Below the pieces are notes generated by a model that did not search any database, was not told the DNA's origin, and saw only the letters and a list, made by a program, of their open reading frames with translations. DNA of 30,054 nucleotides from a virus. Lineage: Duplodnaviria; Caudoviricetes. Both the position numbers and the translations under genes were made by a program. Below are positions 8,783 through 18,208 of this stretch, one piece after another; the stretch's first letter is position 1; each line of letters starts with the position of its first letter. Where the stretch lies: positions 1-30,054 of the IMG/VR virus record IMGVR_UViG_3300026187_000062; one strand, written 5' to 3'.

Positions 8783-11074
8783 ATATAAAGTATATGGTCA
8801 TGGTTCTTACATTGGTAATACAGGTTATAATCACCATACTAGAGAATTTTTTAGGCAACTATATAAACACTATAATATAAAATTTAGAAATTTTACAATT
8901 GGATCATCATATAAAGGATCTATAGATAATCCTCATGATAATGAACTTTATTTAAATAAACAAGATAAAGAAATATTACACCAGCAAACACTTTGGACTA
9001 CTCCTCCTAATAGAAAAGATGAATTAATTTATACCTCTTATAATAATGACTTTGAACAAGATGTCAATATAGTTTTAGCAGAAACTAATCATCATTATTT
9101 TTATGATGAATATAAGGGACCTAAAATAGCTTATAATGTTTGGGAATCTACTTTACAACCTGATTACTTTTTTAACAAATTAAAAGAATTTGATGAATTA
9201 TGGGTACCATCAGAATGGCAAAAAGAATGCATGGTTAAACAAGGATATGATAGAGATAGAATCCAAATTGTACCTGAAGGAGTAGATGATAGTACTTTTT
9301 TTCCTGAAAAAGTTGATATATTAGATGAATATAAAGATGGTAGATTTAAATTTTTATTATTTGGAAGGTGGGATTATAGAAAAGGAGTAAAAGAAGTTAT
9401 AGAAACTTTTTTAAAAACATTTGATAAAAACGAACCCATTGATTTAGTAGTTTCTATTGAAATCCTTATGGCAAAGAAATTGATGGTTTTGAAACTACAG
9501 AAGAAAGACTTAAACATTTTGGATTAGATGATCCTAGAGTAAAAATATTACATTTTCCTTCTAGAGAAGATTATGTAAAATATCTTAAAACAGGACATGT
9601 ATTTGTATCTTGTGCTCGATCAGAAGGTTGGAATTTACCATTAATTGAAGCTATGGCTTGTGGTACCCCATCAATATATTCTGATTGTTCTGCTCAATTA
9701 GAATTTGCTAAAGGAAAAGGCCATCCTGTAAAAATATTAGGTGAAAGAAGAGCTAATCAAAATTCATATGCTAGATTTACAATGAGTGATTTAACAGGTA
9801 ATTATTATGAACCTGATTTTGAAGATTTATCTAGAGTAATGAAAGATGTTTATAACAATTATGAAAAATATAAACAAAAAGCAATTTTAGATTCTGAAGA
9901 AATTAGAAAAAAATTTAATTGGGAAAACATAGGTAAAATAGGAGATAAAGTTTTAAATAACTTTATGGAAAAATATAATTCTCCTAATTATCAATCCCCA
10001 AAAATAAAAAATAGAGTTGTTGTATCTTATGATGGTGGACCAAAAGTTGAAATTTTAGGTCCTGAAGAGAAAGAATATAAAGTTGAATTTTGTAACAATG
10101 ATGAAGTAATTTATAATGATGTTATAAAAAATAACATGTGGACTACTTGTGGTAGAAAATATTATACTGAGTGGACTATAAAAATTAATGGTAAAATAGT
10201 AGATAAATTCAATTTAAAAGGTAAAAGAGTAGTAATAAATTTAGATTCAAAATCAATAGGTGATACTATAGCTTGGGCTCCTTATGCTGTAGAGTTCGCT
10301 AAAAAACATGATTGTAAAGTATTATTAAGTACTTTTCATAATGATTGGTTTAGGGGTTTAGAAGAATATAAAGATATTGACTTTATTGAACCTGACACAC
10401 CTATGGGGTGTTATGCTTCTTATAAAATAGGTTGGTTTAGAGATGATAATGGTAAATGGGATAAATTTGACATGTACCCAAATCAAGTAAATTTAATTCC
10501 CTTACAACAAACAGCTACTGATATTTTAGGTCTTGATTATAAAGAAGTTAATCATGGTTTAAATTTTCAAGGAAAAGAAAAACCAATAGATAAAGATTAT
10601 ATTATTATAGCCCCTAATGCTACTTCAGGATGCAAAGAATGGAACTATGACTATTGGGTGTCTTTATCTAAACTTATTAAAGATTCAGGTTATGAAGTAA
10701 TTGTTTTAACCCAAAAACCATATTATATTAAAGGAGTTACTAATATATGGGGTGAATCTTTTTCTATAGTGGCTAATTATCTTTTACACGCTAAAGCATT
10801 TATAGGACTAGGCTCAGGATTATCATGGTTTAATTGGGGTTTAAATAAACATACTTATATGATTAATGGTTTCGCTCGTCCTGGACATGAATTTACATCT
10901 AACATAACAAGAATTTATAATGATAATATTTGTATATTTTGTTGGAATGATGAAGTGTTTACTTTTGATGCTGGAGATTGGGACTGGTGTCCTGTTTATA
11001 AAGGAACATCAAAACAACATATATGTCAAAAATCAATTACTCCTTTACAAGTATTTAATTCTTTAAAAATATGA
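8775..11074 (+). CDS. GT4 glycosyltransferase fused to Aah/TibC-like (BAHT) O-glycosyltransferase; interrupted by a 1-nt frameshift at ~9460 (restored length ~766 aa)
   Basis: The 8775 frame gives GT4 N-terminal motifs (YNVWES, DELWVPSEWQK, VPEGVD, FGRWDYRKG). The -1 frame opens at 9461 (NPYGKEIDGF...FVSCARSEGWNLPLIEAMACGTP, the GT4 E-x7-E motif) and continues into the 9653..11074 ORF. That ORF carries SIGDTIAWAPYAVEF, FIGLGSGLSW and CxxCWN...WCP...C. Confidence 0.85.
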
Positions 11075-11949
11075 GTATAGTTTATGTTGAATTGTTATCT
11101 AACTCAATAGGTGATACTATTGGTGTTATGCCTGTTCTTGAAGAATTTAGACAAACTAATTCGAATTTAATTGTTCGTATTAATCCTTTTTTTGAAAAGT
11201 TATTCATTAATTCTTTTCCTAACATAAAATATTATAGAGAGGGAATGGAATATGATAAACATTTAAAAATTGATTATGATTTTACTAAACCTTTACAAAC
11301 TGGTTTTGCTAATCAACTAGGATTTATAGATTGGGAATATAAAAGACCAAAAATTGATTCTTTTAAAAAAGAAAGACCTATAAAAAACAAATATGTAACT
11401 ATTAATATTCATTCTACATCTCAATTAAAATATTGGAATCATTTTAAAGGTAAAAAAATACAACCTGAATCACCCTATTGGAATGAATTATGTGGGATGA
11501 TTAGAAAATCAGGATATACACCTGTAATTACTGAAAAAGATGAAACTTTTGGTATTCCTCCTTTTAGAAATGGTTTACCTACAAAAGCAAATAAAAAAAC
11601 AGGAATATCATTAGAAGAAACTATAAATTATATAGAACACTCAGAATTTTTTATTGGCTTATCTTCAGGTCTATCTTGGTTAGCTCATGCCTTAGGCAAA
11701 CCTGTAGTTATGATTTCTAACTTTAGTGAAGATTGGCATGAAATGGATTTATCTATTCCTGACTATAAAAGAATAATAAATAAAAATGTATGTCATGGAT
11801 GTTGGAATTTAATTGGTAAAGAATTTGACTTTGAATATGAAGATTGGTATTGGTGTCCCAAACATAAAAATACAGATAGACAATTTGAATGCCATACCTC
11901 AATAACCCCAGAAATGGTTTATAATGAAATTAAAGATTGGTTAATATGA
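11071..11949 (+). CDS. Aah/TibC-like (BAHT, GT9-related) protein O-glycosyltransferase
   Basis: SIGDTIG (catalytic Asp position), YVTINIHSTSQLKYWN, FFIGLSSGLSWLAHALGKPVVMISNFS and iron-finger CHGCWN...WCPKHKNTDRQFECHTSIT. Confidence 0.88.
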   Translation: MSIVYVELLSNSIGDTIGVMPVLEEFRQTNSNLIVRINPFFEKLFINSFPNIKYYREGMEYDKHLKIDYDFTKPLQTGFANQLGFIDWEYKRPKIDSFKKERPIKNKYVTINIHSTSQLKYWNHFKGKKIQPESPYWNELCGMIRKSGYTPVITEKDETFGIPPFRNGLPTKANKKTGISLEETINYIEHSEFFIGLSSGLSWLAHALGKPVVMISNFSEDWHEMDLSIPDYKRIINKNVCHGCWNLIGKEFDFEYEDWYWCPKHKNTDRQFECHTSITPEMVYNEIKDWLI

Positions 11950-12641
11950 ATACAGATAAAGAACTTGAAAATTATTTTAAATTTTTAAAAAAATATAATG
12001 ATTTAGACAGACGTCGCAATCAAGCTAAATCAGTGAATGATTGTTTAAATAAATATTTTGATTTTAACTATATTGAATGTATAGAAACAGGAGCTAGTCA
12101 AAATAAACAAGATGGTTGTTTTGGATTGTTTCTAGCTGAAGTCATTAAAAATAATAATGGAATATATTCCTCAGTAGACAACAATTTAGAAACAGTTAAT
12201 AAAAGTAAAGAATTTTACAATGAATTTATTCCTGATTTTAATATTAATCATTATCATGAAGACTCAGTCCAATTTTTAACTAATTATAAAGGCAAACCTA
12301 ATTTAGTTCATTTAGATTCTTGGGATTTAGATTTACCAAACCCAATACCTTCTATGCTGCATGGATGGTTAGAATTTGTAGCTATTAAAGATAAAATGCC
12401 TACTGGTTCTATATGTGTTATAGATGATAATTTTTTAAAAAATAGTTATGTTTATTGGGATATAGTAAAAGATGAAAATAATGAAATTATTGATAGTGAA
12501 AAAATTGATATAACATATGATATAATAGGAAAAGGTTCATTAATATATCATTGGTGTAAACAATATAACACAGACTGGGAATTAATAGGAGATCATTATC
12601 TCCCAGGAGAAAATATAAAAGTTATTATAAGAAAAAAATAA
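11946..12641 (+). CDS. Class I SAM-dependent methyltransferase (Methyltransf_24-like)
   Basis: IETGAS, YSSVDNN, DSVQFL, LVHLDSWD and GSICVIDD motifs. The ATG at 11946 overlaps the upstream TGA, so it is preferred over the TTG start at 11937. Confidence 0.78.
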   Translation: MNTDKELENYFKFLKKYNDLDRRRNQAKSVNDCLNKYFDFNYIECIETGASQNKQDGCFGLFLAEVIKNNNGIYSSVDNNLETVNKSKEFYNEFIPDFNINHYHEDSVQFLTNYKGKPNLVHLDSWDLDLPNPIPSMLHGWLEFVAIKDKMPTGSICVIDDNFLKNSYVYWDIVKDENNEIIDSEKIDITYDIIGKGSLIYHWCKQYNTDWELIGDHYLPGENIKVIIRKK

Positions 12642-13012
12642 TGGAAATAAAAGTATCAATAGGAGAAATTGTAGATAAATTATCTATTTTATTAATTAAA
12701 AAAATAAATATAAAAGATAAAGAGAAATTAGAAAATATTACAAATGAATATAATTATCTTAATAATATTGTTTTTAATATATTAAAAGTATCTGAAGATG
12801 ATTTTTTAAATTTAGTTTCAATAAATGAAAAATTATGGGATATTGAAGATAAAATTAGAGACAAAGAAAGAAATAAAGAATTTGACAATACATTTGTTGA
12901 ATTAGCCCGAGCTGTTTATATTACAAATGATAAAAGAGCTGAAATAAAGAAAAATATTAACTTAAAATATAAATCTAATTTTGTAGAAGAAAAATCTTAT
13001 AATAAATACTAA
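12641..13012 (+). CDS. Small helical protein, DUF6165-like
   Basis: MEIKVSIGEIVDKLSILLIK...INEKLWDIEDKIR...LARAVYITNDKRAEIKKNIN...EEKSY pattern, recalled from glycosyltransferase neighbourhoods. Confidence 0.7.
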   Translation: MEIKVSIGEIVDKLSILLIKKINIKDKEKLENITNEYNYLNNIVFNILKVSEDDFLNLVSINEKLWDIEDKIRDKERNKEFDNTFVELARAVYITNDKRAEIKKNINLKYKSNFVEEKSYNKY

Positions 13013-13013
13013 T

Positions 13014-13688
13014 ATGAAACATTGGGAAAATTTTGATTGGGGAAGTTCTAATGATTGGTATAAAGAATGTATAGGTAAAGAAATCTTTGAACAAAAAATA
13101 TATGAAAGATTTTTTTCTGTTGAAGAAAATGATGTTGTAGTTGATATAGGAGCCAGTATTGGTATTTTTACTTATTCTATTTTAGATAAAAATCCATCAC
13201 ATGTTTTTTGTTTTGAACCAAGTTTAGAACAATTTCCTACTTTAATTAAAAATACATTAAATGGGTTTGTAACATGTATTAGTAAAGGTATTTCTGATAT
13301 AGATGATGTAAAAGTTTTAAATGATGTTTATGGTTATAATAATCAACCGTTAGAAGTTCATACTTTAAGATTTGATACATTTATTAAAAAATATAATATA
13401 GAAAAAATTGATTTTCTTAAAACAGATTGTGAAGGAGGAGAATATAATATTTTTAATATTGATAATTTAGTTTGGATTAAACAGAATGTTAAAAAAATTG
13501 TAGGTGAATTCCATCTAGAAACTCCAGAACAAAAACAACAATTTAAAGAATTTAGAGATGTATTTTTAAGATTGTTTAAAAAATATAAAGTTTATTCTGT
13601 AGATGGAGCTAATATTAAATGGGATTTATGGAATGACCATTTTATAGAATATTATAAACAAATAATTATTTATATAGATAATAGGTAA
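13014..13688 (+). CDS. FkbM family SAM-dependent methyltransferase
   Basis: DVVVDIGASIGIFT, VFCFEP, IDFLKTDCEGGEY and IVGEFH. Confidence 0.9.
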   Translation: MKHWENFDWGSSNDWYKECIGKEIFEQKIYERFFSVEENDVVVDIGASIGIFTYSILDKNPSHVFCFEPSLEQFPTLIKNTLNGFVTCISKGISDIDDVKVLNDVYGYNNQPLEVHTLRFDTFIKKYNIEKIDFLKTDCEGGEYNIFNIDNLVWIKQNVKKIVGEFHLETPEQKQQFKEFRDVFLRLFKKYKVYSVDGANIKWDLWNDHFIEYYKQIIIYIDNR

Positions 13689-13703
13689 TTTCCCAAATCT
13701 TTT

Positions 13704-13712
13704 AATATTTAT
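13704..13712 (+). promoter_or_regulatory. AATATTTAT putative late promoter
   Basis: One of seven intergenic copies, each upstream of a structural gene. Confidence 0.6.
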
Positions 13713-13718
13713 TAATAA

Positions 13719-14522
13719 ATGGCATTAGAAAATTTATCAAAAACAGGTATAGTTGATGGTCAAACTATTCAAGATTATCATGTTACTCAATCTATAGATG
13801 CTTTAACAGGTACTGTAGGATATGCTTTAACCGTTTCTGGTTCTTTTACATTAGATGGAACCACAGGAAGTGGTTACTTTGCTAGCTCACTAACTTCAGA
13901 ACAAATTAAACCTCAAAATGTAGTTAGTAATAAAGGATACACTGTTCCTTACCTTAATGGTACTGGATCAAGTTCCCCATTAAATTATAACTCATATTTA
14001 ACTTATAATCCTGTAACTGATTTATTAAACACTACTTCATCATATGCTATTTCAGCTTCTCGAGCAATATCTGCTTCTTATGCTCCTTTAGGAACACCTA
14101 CAGATTACAACCCAACTTATTTAAAAATAGATGATGTTAATTATACTTCATCTACTCCTTATGCTGTTGATAATACAGTACCATCAGTTCTTTATATATC
14201 TCAATCAAATCCAAATGGACAAGGTAATCCAAATAATATAGGTTTAGTTTTTTCACCATTAACAGCTAAAGATGGAAAAATAATTTCTTTTAATGTTTTC
14301 TATGAAGCAGCTAGCCTTGAATCAACTAATATTTTTATCACATCCTCAGGAGTAGCAGTTTTTGGTTTAAATGGAACATCAATAGCAGCGGGTAATGATA
14401 ATACATTAAGTAGCTTAACAGGATTAAATAATATATCAAGTTTTGACTTTCAATATTTAGAAGGTGGAGGAGCTACAGGTATGGCTCAAGGTTGGTATTT
14501 TATAAGTAAAGAAGGATCATAA
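13719..14522 (+). CDS. Putative short fibre/baseplate-associated virion protein
   Basis: S/T/G/N-rich with TSSYAISASRAISASYA repeat. Preceded by the late-type motif and located at the start of the tail module. Confidence 0.6.
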   Translation: MALENLSKTGIVDGQTIQDYHVTQSIDALTGTVGYALTVSGSFTLDGTTGSGYFASSLTSEQIKPQNVVSNKGYTVPYLNGTGSSSPLNYNSYLTYNPVTDLLNTTSSYAISASRAISASYAPLGTPTDYNPTYLKIDDVNYTSSTPYAVDNTVPSVLYISQSNPNGQGNPNNIGLVFSPLTAKDGKIISFNVFYEAASLESTNIFITSSGVAVFGLNGTSIAAGNDNTLSSLTGLNNISSFDFQYLEGGGATGMAQGWYFISKEGS

Positions 14523-14529
14523 TATTTAT
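14521..14529 (+). promoter_or_regulatory. AATATTTAT putative late promoter
   Basis: Exact copy 5 nt before ATG 14535. Confidence 0.55.
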
Positions 14530-14534
14530 ATTAA

Positions 14535-14786
14535 ATGGAAAAAATAGTTTTAACACAAGAAGAATTAAATGAATTAAACCAGTTACAAGAACAAAGACAA
14601 ACCATAACTGGAGATTTTGGAATTGTAGAATTACGAATCCAAGAGTTAGAGTTACAAAAAGAAAAAATAATTGAAACCTTGAATCAACAACAAGATCAAG
14701 AAACTCAATTTGGACAAAAGATACAAGATAAATACGGCGAAGGAACAATTAATATTAATACTGGAGAATTTACAAAAACAAATTAA
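14535..14786 (+). CDS. Small coiled-coil hypothetical protein
   Basis: 83 aa, E/Q/L heptads, ending KYGEGTININTGEF; directly upstream of the sheath gene. Confidence 0.7.
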   Translation: MEKIVLTQEELNELNQLQEQRQTITGDFGIVELRIQELELQKEKIIETLNQQQDQETQFGQKIQDKYGEGTININTGEFTKTN

Positions 14787-14803
14787 TTTTTGACTCCTTT
14801 GCC

Positions 14804-14812
14804 AATATTTAT
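14804..14812 (+). promoter_or_regulatory. AATATTTAT putative late promoter
   Basis: Exact copy upstream of the sheath gene. Confidence 0.6.
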
Positions 14813-14837
14813 TACCAAATAAAACGTTAATAAAAAG

Positions 14838-16556
14838 ATGGCATCAACATTAATATCCCCTGGCGTACTCGCTATTGAAAATGATCAGTCGTTTATTACT
14901 CAACAGCCAGTTACTGTAGGAGCCGCAATTATCGGTCCAACTGTAAAAGGTCCTGTTGAAATTCCGACAGTAGTTACTTCTTATTCTGAATATCAAAACG
15001 CATTTGGTACTACATTTACTAGTGGTAGTAATGTTTACACTTACTTAACCTCTATTTCAGCTTATAATTACTTCGCAAATGGTGGAGAAAGTTTATTAAT
15101 AGCTAGAGTAGTATCTGAATCAGCAGATTGGACATCAGCAACAAATGCTCCTGATATCTCAGGTTCAACATCAGCTTCAGCTGCTTTTGTTCTTGAAACA
15201 CTTTCAGAAGGTGAAATTATGAACAGTGATTCAACAGAATCTTCTGATGGAACTTTACCTAGTGGTTCAAGTGATAATATTAGATGGGAAATTGCAAACA
15301 GTGATACTGACGCTGGTACTTTCTCTCTATTAGTTAGAAGAGGAGATGATGAACAAAATAATAAAGTTGTTTTAGAAACATGGACTGGATTATCATTAGA
15401 TCCATTCTCTGATAATTTTGTTTCTAGAGTAATTGGAGACCAAACATTAAATTATAACTCATCTAATAATCAAATTCAAATTTCAGGATCTTATCCAAAT
15501 AATTCAAGATATATTAGAGTTAAGGAAATTAATTTATTAACACCAAACTATTTAGATAATGCAGGTACAGCTAAATCAGAATTTACAGGTTCAATTCCAT
15601 TGAATGCTAGTGGTTCATTTAGTGGAGGTATTGGTTCATTAATTAGTACAACTCAAGGTAAATACTATGATAAAATAGATGGTAATACTCAAGGTTTATC
15701 AGGAAGTGATTATACTAACATGATTAGTTTACTTTCAAACCAAGATGATTATCAATTTAATGTATTAACTACACCTGGTTTATTTGATGATGTAAATACC
15801 CATACAGGACAAATTACAAATATTATCAATAATACTCAAAATAGAGGAGATAATATTTTTGTAATGGATTTAGCTTCATATGATTCAACAGTATCAGAAG
15901 TAACAACTCAAGCTGCTACTAGAAATACTTCATATGCTGCTTCATATTGGCCTTGGTTACAAACAGTAGATCCTGATACAGGAGCTAGAGTTTGGGTTCC
16001 AGCATCAACAATGGTTCCTGGAGTTTATGCTTATAATGATAGTGTAAGTGAGCCTTGGTTTGCGCCAGCAGGTATTAACAGAGGTGGTTTAACTACAGTA
16101 ATAAGAGCTGAACAAAAATTAACTCAAACAAATAGAGATGATTTGTATACTGGTAAAGTAAACCCAATTGCTACTTTCCCAGGAACAGGAGTTGTAGTGT
16201 ATGGTCAGAAAACATTACAAACTAGAGCAAGTGCTTTAGATAGAGTAAATGTTAGAAGATTGTTAATTGAACTTAAGTCTTATATTTCTCAAGTAGCTAA
16301 CAACTTAGTATTTGAACAAAATACAATTGCTACTAGAAATAACTTCTTAGCTCAAGTTAACCCATATTTAACATCAGTTCAACAAAGACAAGGATTATAT
16401 GCTTTCAGAGTAATAATGGATGATAGTAATAATACAGCAGATGTAATTGACAGAAACCAAATGGTAGGTCAAATTTATATCCAACCAACCAAAACAGCTG
16501 AATTTATTTACTTGAACTTCAACGTGTTACCAACTGGAGTAGAATTCCCACAATAA
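14838..16556 (+). CDS. Contractile tail sheath protein
   Basis: SPGV..E.D start, YWPW, PWFAPAGINRG, VNPIATFPG, GQKTLQ, ALDRVNVRRL, VFEQN and IQPTKTAEFI. Confidence 0.96.
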   Translation: MASTLISPGVLAIENDQSFITQQPVTVGAAIIGPTVKGPVEIPTVVTSYSEYQNAFGTTFTSGSNVYTYLTSISAYNYFANGGESLLIARVVSESADWTSATNAPDISGSTSASAAFVLETLSEGEIMNSDSTESSDGTLPSGSSDNIRWEIANSDTDAGTFSLLVRRGDDEQNNKVVLETWTGLSLDPFSDNFVSRVIGDQTLNYNSSNNQIQISGSYPNNSRYIRVKEINLLTPNYLDNAGTAKSEFTGSIPLNASGSFSGGIGSLISTTQGKYYDKIDGNTQGLSGSDYTNMISLLSNQDDYQFNVLTTPGLFDDVNTHTGQITNIINNTQNRGDNIFVMDLASYDSTVSEVTTQAATRNTSYAASYWPWLQTVDPDTGARVWVPASTMVPGVYAYNDSVSEPWFAPAGINRGGLTTVIRAEQKLTQTNRDDLYTGKVNPIATFPGTGVVVYGQKTLQTRASALDRVNVRRLLIELKSYISQVANNLVFEQNTIATRNNFLAQVNPYLTSVQQRQGLYAFRVIMDDSNNTADVIDRNQMVGQIYIQPTKTAEFIYLNFNVLPTGVEFPQ

Positions 16557-16570
16557 AAGTTTAAAGACAG

Positions 16571-16579
16571 AATATTTAT
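16571..16579 (+). promoter_or_regulatory. AATATTTAT putative late promoter
   Basis: Exact copy upstream of the tube gene. Confidence 0.6.
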
Positions 16580-16601
16580 AACAAGATAATAAATAAATAA
16601 A

Positions 16602-17090
16602 ATGGCAGTATTAGATCCAAACGAAATATTTTTCACCCAGTTTGAACCCAAAACCCCCAATCGATTCGTCATGCGTATCGATGGTATTCCAGCGTTTATG
16701 ATTAAGGGTGTTAACGCAGTAACATTATCACAACCAGAAATTGTACTTAATCATATAAACGTTTATAGAAAAGTTAAAGGTAGAACTACTTGGGGTGATA
16801 TTCAGATGACAATGTACGACCCAATTACTCCATCAGGAGCACAAGCTGTAATGGAATGGGTACGCTTGCATCACGAATCAGTAACGGGTAGAGATGGTTA
16901 TTCTGATTTCTATAAGAAACAATTAACTATTCAAGTTTTAGGACCTGTAGGTGATATCGTTTCAGAATGGTTACTTGAAGGTGCTTTCATTAAAGAAGCC
17001 AATTTCGGTGATTATAATTACGACACTGCTGATGCTGCTGTTAATTTAACAATGACAGTAGGTATGGATTACTGTGTACTAAACTTCTAA
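16602..17090 (+). CDS. Tail tube protein (T4 gp19-like)
   Basis: 162 aa directly after the sheath; FEPK..NRF, KGRTTWGDI, VMEW, DFYKK and WLLEGAF. Confidence 0.9.
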   Translation: MAVLDPNEIFFTQFEPKTPNRFVMRIDGIPAFMIKGVNAVTLSQPEIVLNHINVYRKVKGRTTWGDIQMTMYDPITPSGAQAVMEWVRLHHESVTGRDGYSDFYKKQLTIQVLGPVGDIVSEWLLEGAFIKEANFGDYNYDTADAAVNLTMTVGMDYCVLNF

Positions 17091-17114
17091 AAGAAGATAT
17101 ACTTTCCCACAAAG

Positions 17115-17143
17115 AGAGCTTGGTTTTTCCAAGCTCTTTTTTT
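17115..17143 (+). terminator. Intrinsic terminator after sheath-tube
   Basis: AGAGCTTGG-TTTTT-CCAAGCTCT 9-bp stem followed by a T run. Confidence 0.85.
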
Positions 17144-17157
17144 ATCTTAATATTTAT
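17120..17157 (+). promoter_or_regulatory. Overlapping TTGG-N19-TATCTT and AATATTTAT motifs upstream of the chaperone gene
   Basis: TTGG 17120-23, TATCTT 17143-48 and AATATTTAT 17149-57. Confidence 0.5.
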
Positions 17158-17184
17158 TACTATAAAAGTTATTAAAAACAGATT

Positions 17185-17925
17185 ATGAGCGAATTTAAAT
17201 TCCCAACCGAAGTTGTAGACTTACCTTCAAAAGGTCTTGTTTACCCTGAATCAAGTCCACTTTCTTCTGGTCAAGTAGAAATGAAATATATGACCGCAAA
17301 AGAAGAAGATATCTTAACTAACCAATCCTATATTACAAAAGGAGTAGTTTTTGATAAATTACTACAATCATTAATTACTGATAAAACAATTAAAGTAGAT
17401 GAGTTAATTGTAGGTGATAAAAATGCTCTTTTAATTGCCGCTCGTATTTTAGGATATGGTGCTGAATATAAATTTACTTATCTAGGTGAAGAACATTCAG
17501 TTAACCTAACTGATTTTGATGATAAAGAAATTGATACATCTTTATTTACTAAAGGTCAAAATAAATTTACTTACCAACTACCATCATCTAAAATTACATT
17601 AACTTTTAAATTATTAACTGGTAAAGATGAAAGAGTAATTGATGCTGAATTAGAAGGTTATAAAAAAATAAGTAAAAATGATGTACCTGAATTAACAACT
17701 AGATTAAAACAAATGATTATAGCTGTTGATGGAAAAGAAGATAAAGGTACTGTTCGTGATTTTGTAGATAATGCTTTTTTAGCTAGAGATTCTAGAGAAT
17801 TTAGAAAATATATTCAAGGTTTCCAACCAGATGTTAATACTAAAACAACTGTTACTTCAATAGATGGTCTAGAGGAGGAGATCGATGTACCTATCGGGCT
17901 TAACTTTTTTTGGCCTGAGTCTTGA
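17185..17925 (+). CDS. Tail assembly/baseplate hub chaperone (T4 gp26-like)
   Basis: PTEVVDLPSKG, MTAKEEDIL, GDKNALLIAARILGYG and terminal FFWP; lies between tube and tape measure. Confidence 0.8.
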   Translation: MSEFKFPTEVVDLPSKGLVYPESSPLSSGQVEMKYMTAKEEDILTNQSYITKGVVFDKLLQSLITDKTIKVDELIVGDKNALLIAARILGYGAEYKFTYLGEEHSVNLTDFDDKEIDTSLFTKGQNKFTYQLPSSKITLTFKLLTGKDERVIDAELEGYKKISKNDVPELTTRLKQMIIAVDGKEDKGTVRDFVDNAFLARDSREFRKYIQGFQPDVNTKTTVTSIDGLEEEIDVPIGLNFFWPES

Positions 17926-18208
17926 TAATGTTGCTCAAGTAAGAGCAGATATATTTTTACAAATACATGATATATGTTTTTGGGGTCAAGGTGGATATGA
18001 TTTTGATACTGTTTACAACTTACCTCTTTGGTTAAGAAAATTTATTTTAGCCCAACTTAGGAAACATTATGAAAAGGAAAGTAATAGTGATGAAAAAAAC
18101 ATGGAAACCACTTTACAAAACTTAAGACAACATAAAAACCAAAAATCAGAAATACAACAACGACCAAACCAAAAATTATTATATAAATCAGGGACATCTA
18201 AAAAATGA
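17885..18208 (+). CDS. Second tail chaperone ORF (T4 gp51-like), possibly expressed by frameshift from the upstream gene
   Basis: Overlaps the upstream gene by 41 nt across a T7 run; GGYDFDTVYNLPLWLRKF motif. Confidence 0.7.
   Translation: MYLSGLTFFGLSLDNVAQVRADIFLQIHDICFWGQGGYDFDTVYNLPLWLRKFILAQLRKHYEKESNSDEKNMETTLQNLRQHKNQKSEIQQRPNQKLLYKSGTSKK

Noticed and set aside
9407-9413. T TTT TTA slippery heptamer as the cause of GT4-BAHT joining
   Set aside because: The -1 frame hits TGA at 9422 and again at 9458, so a shift here cannot reach the downstream half.
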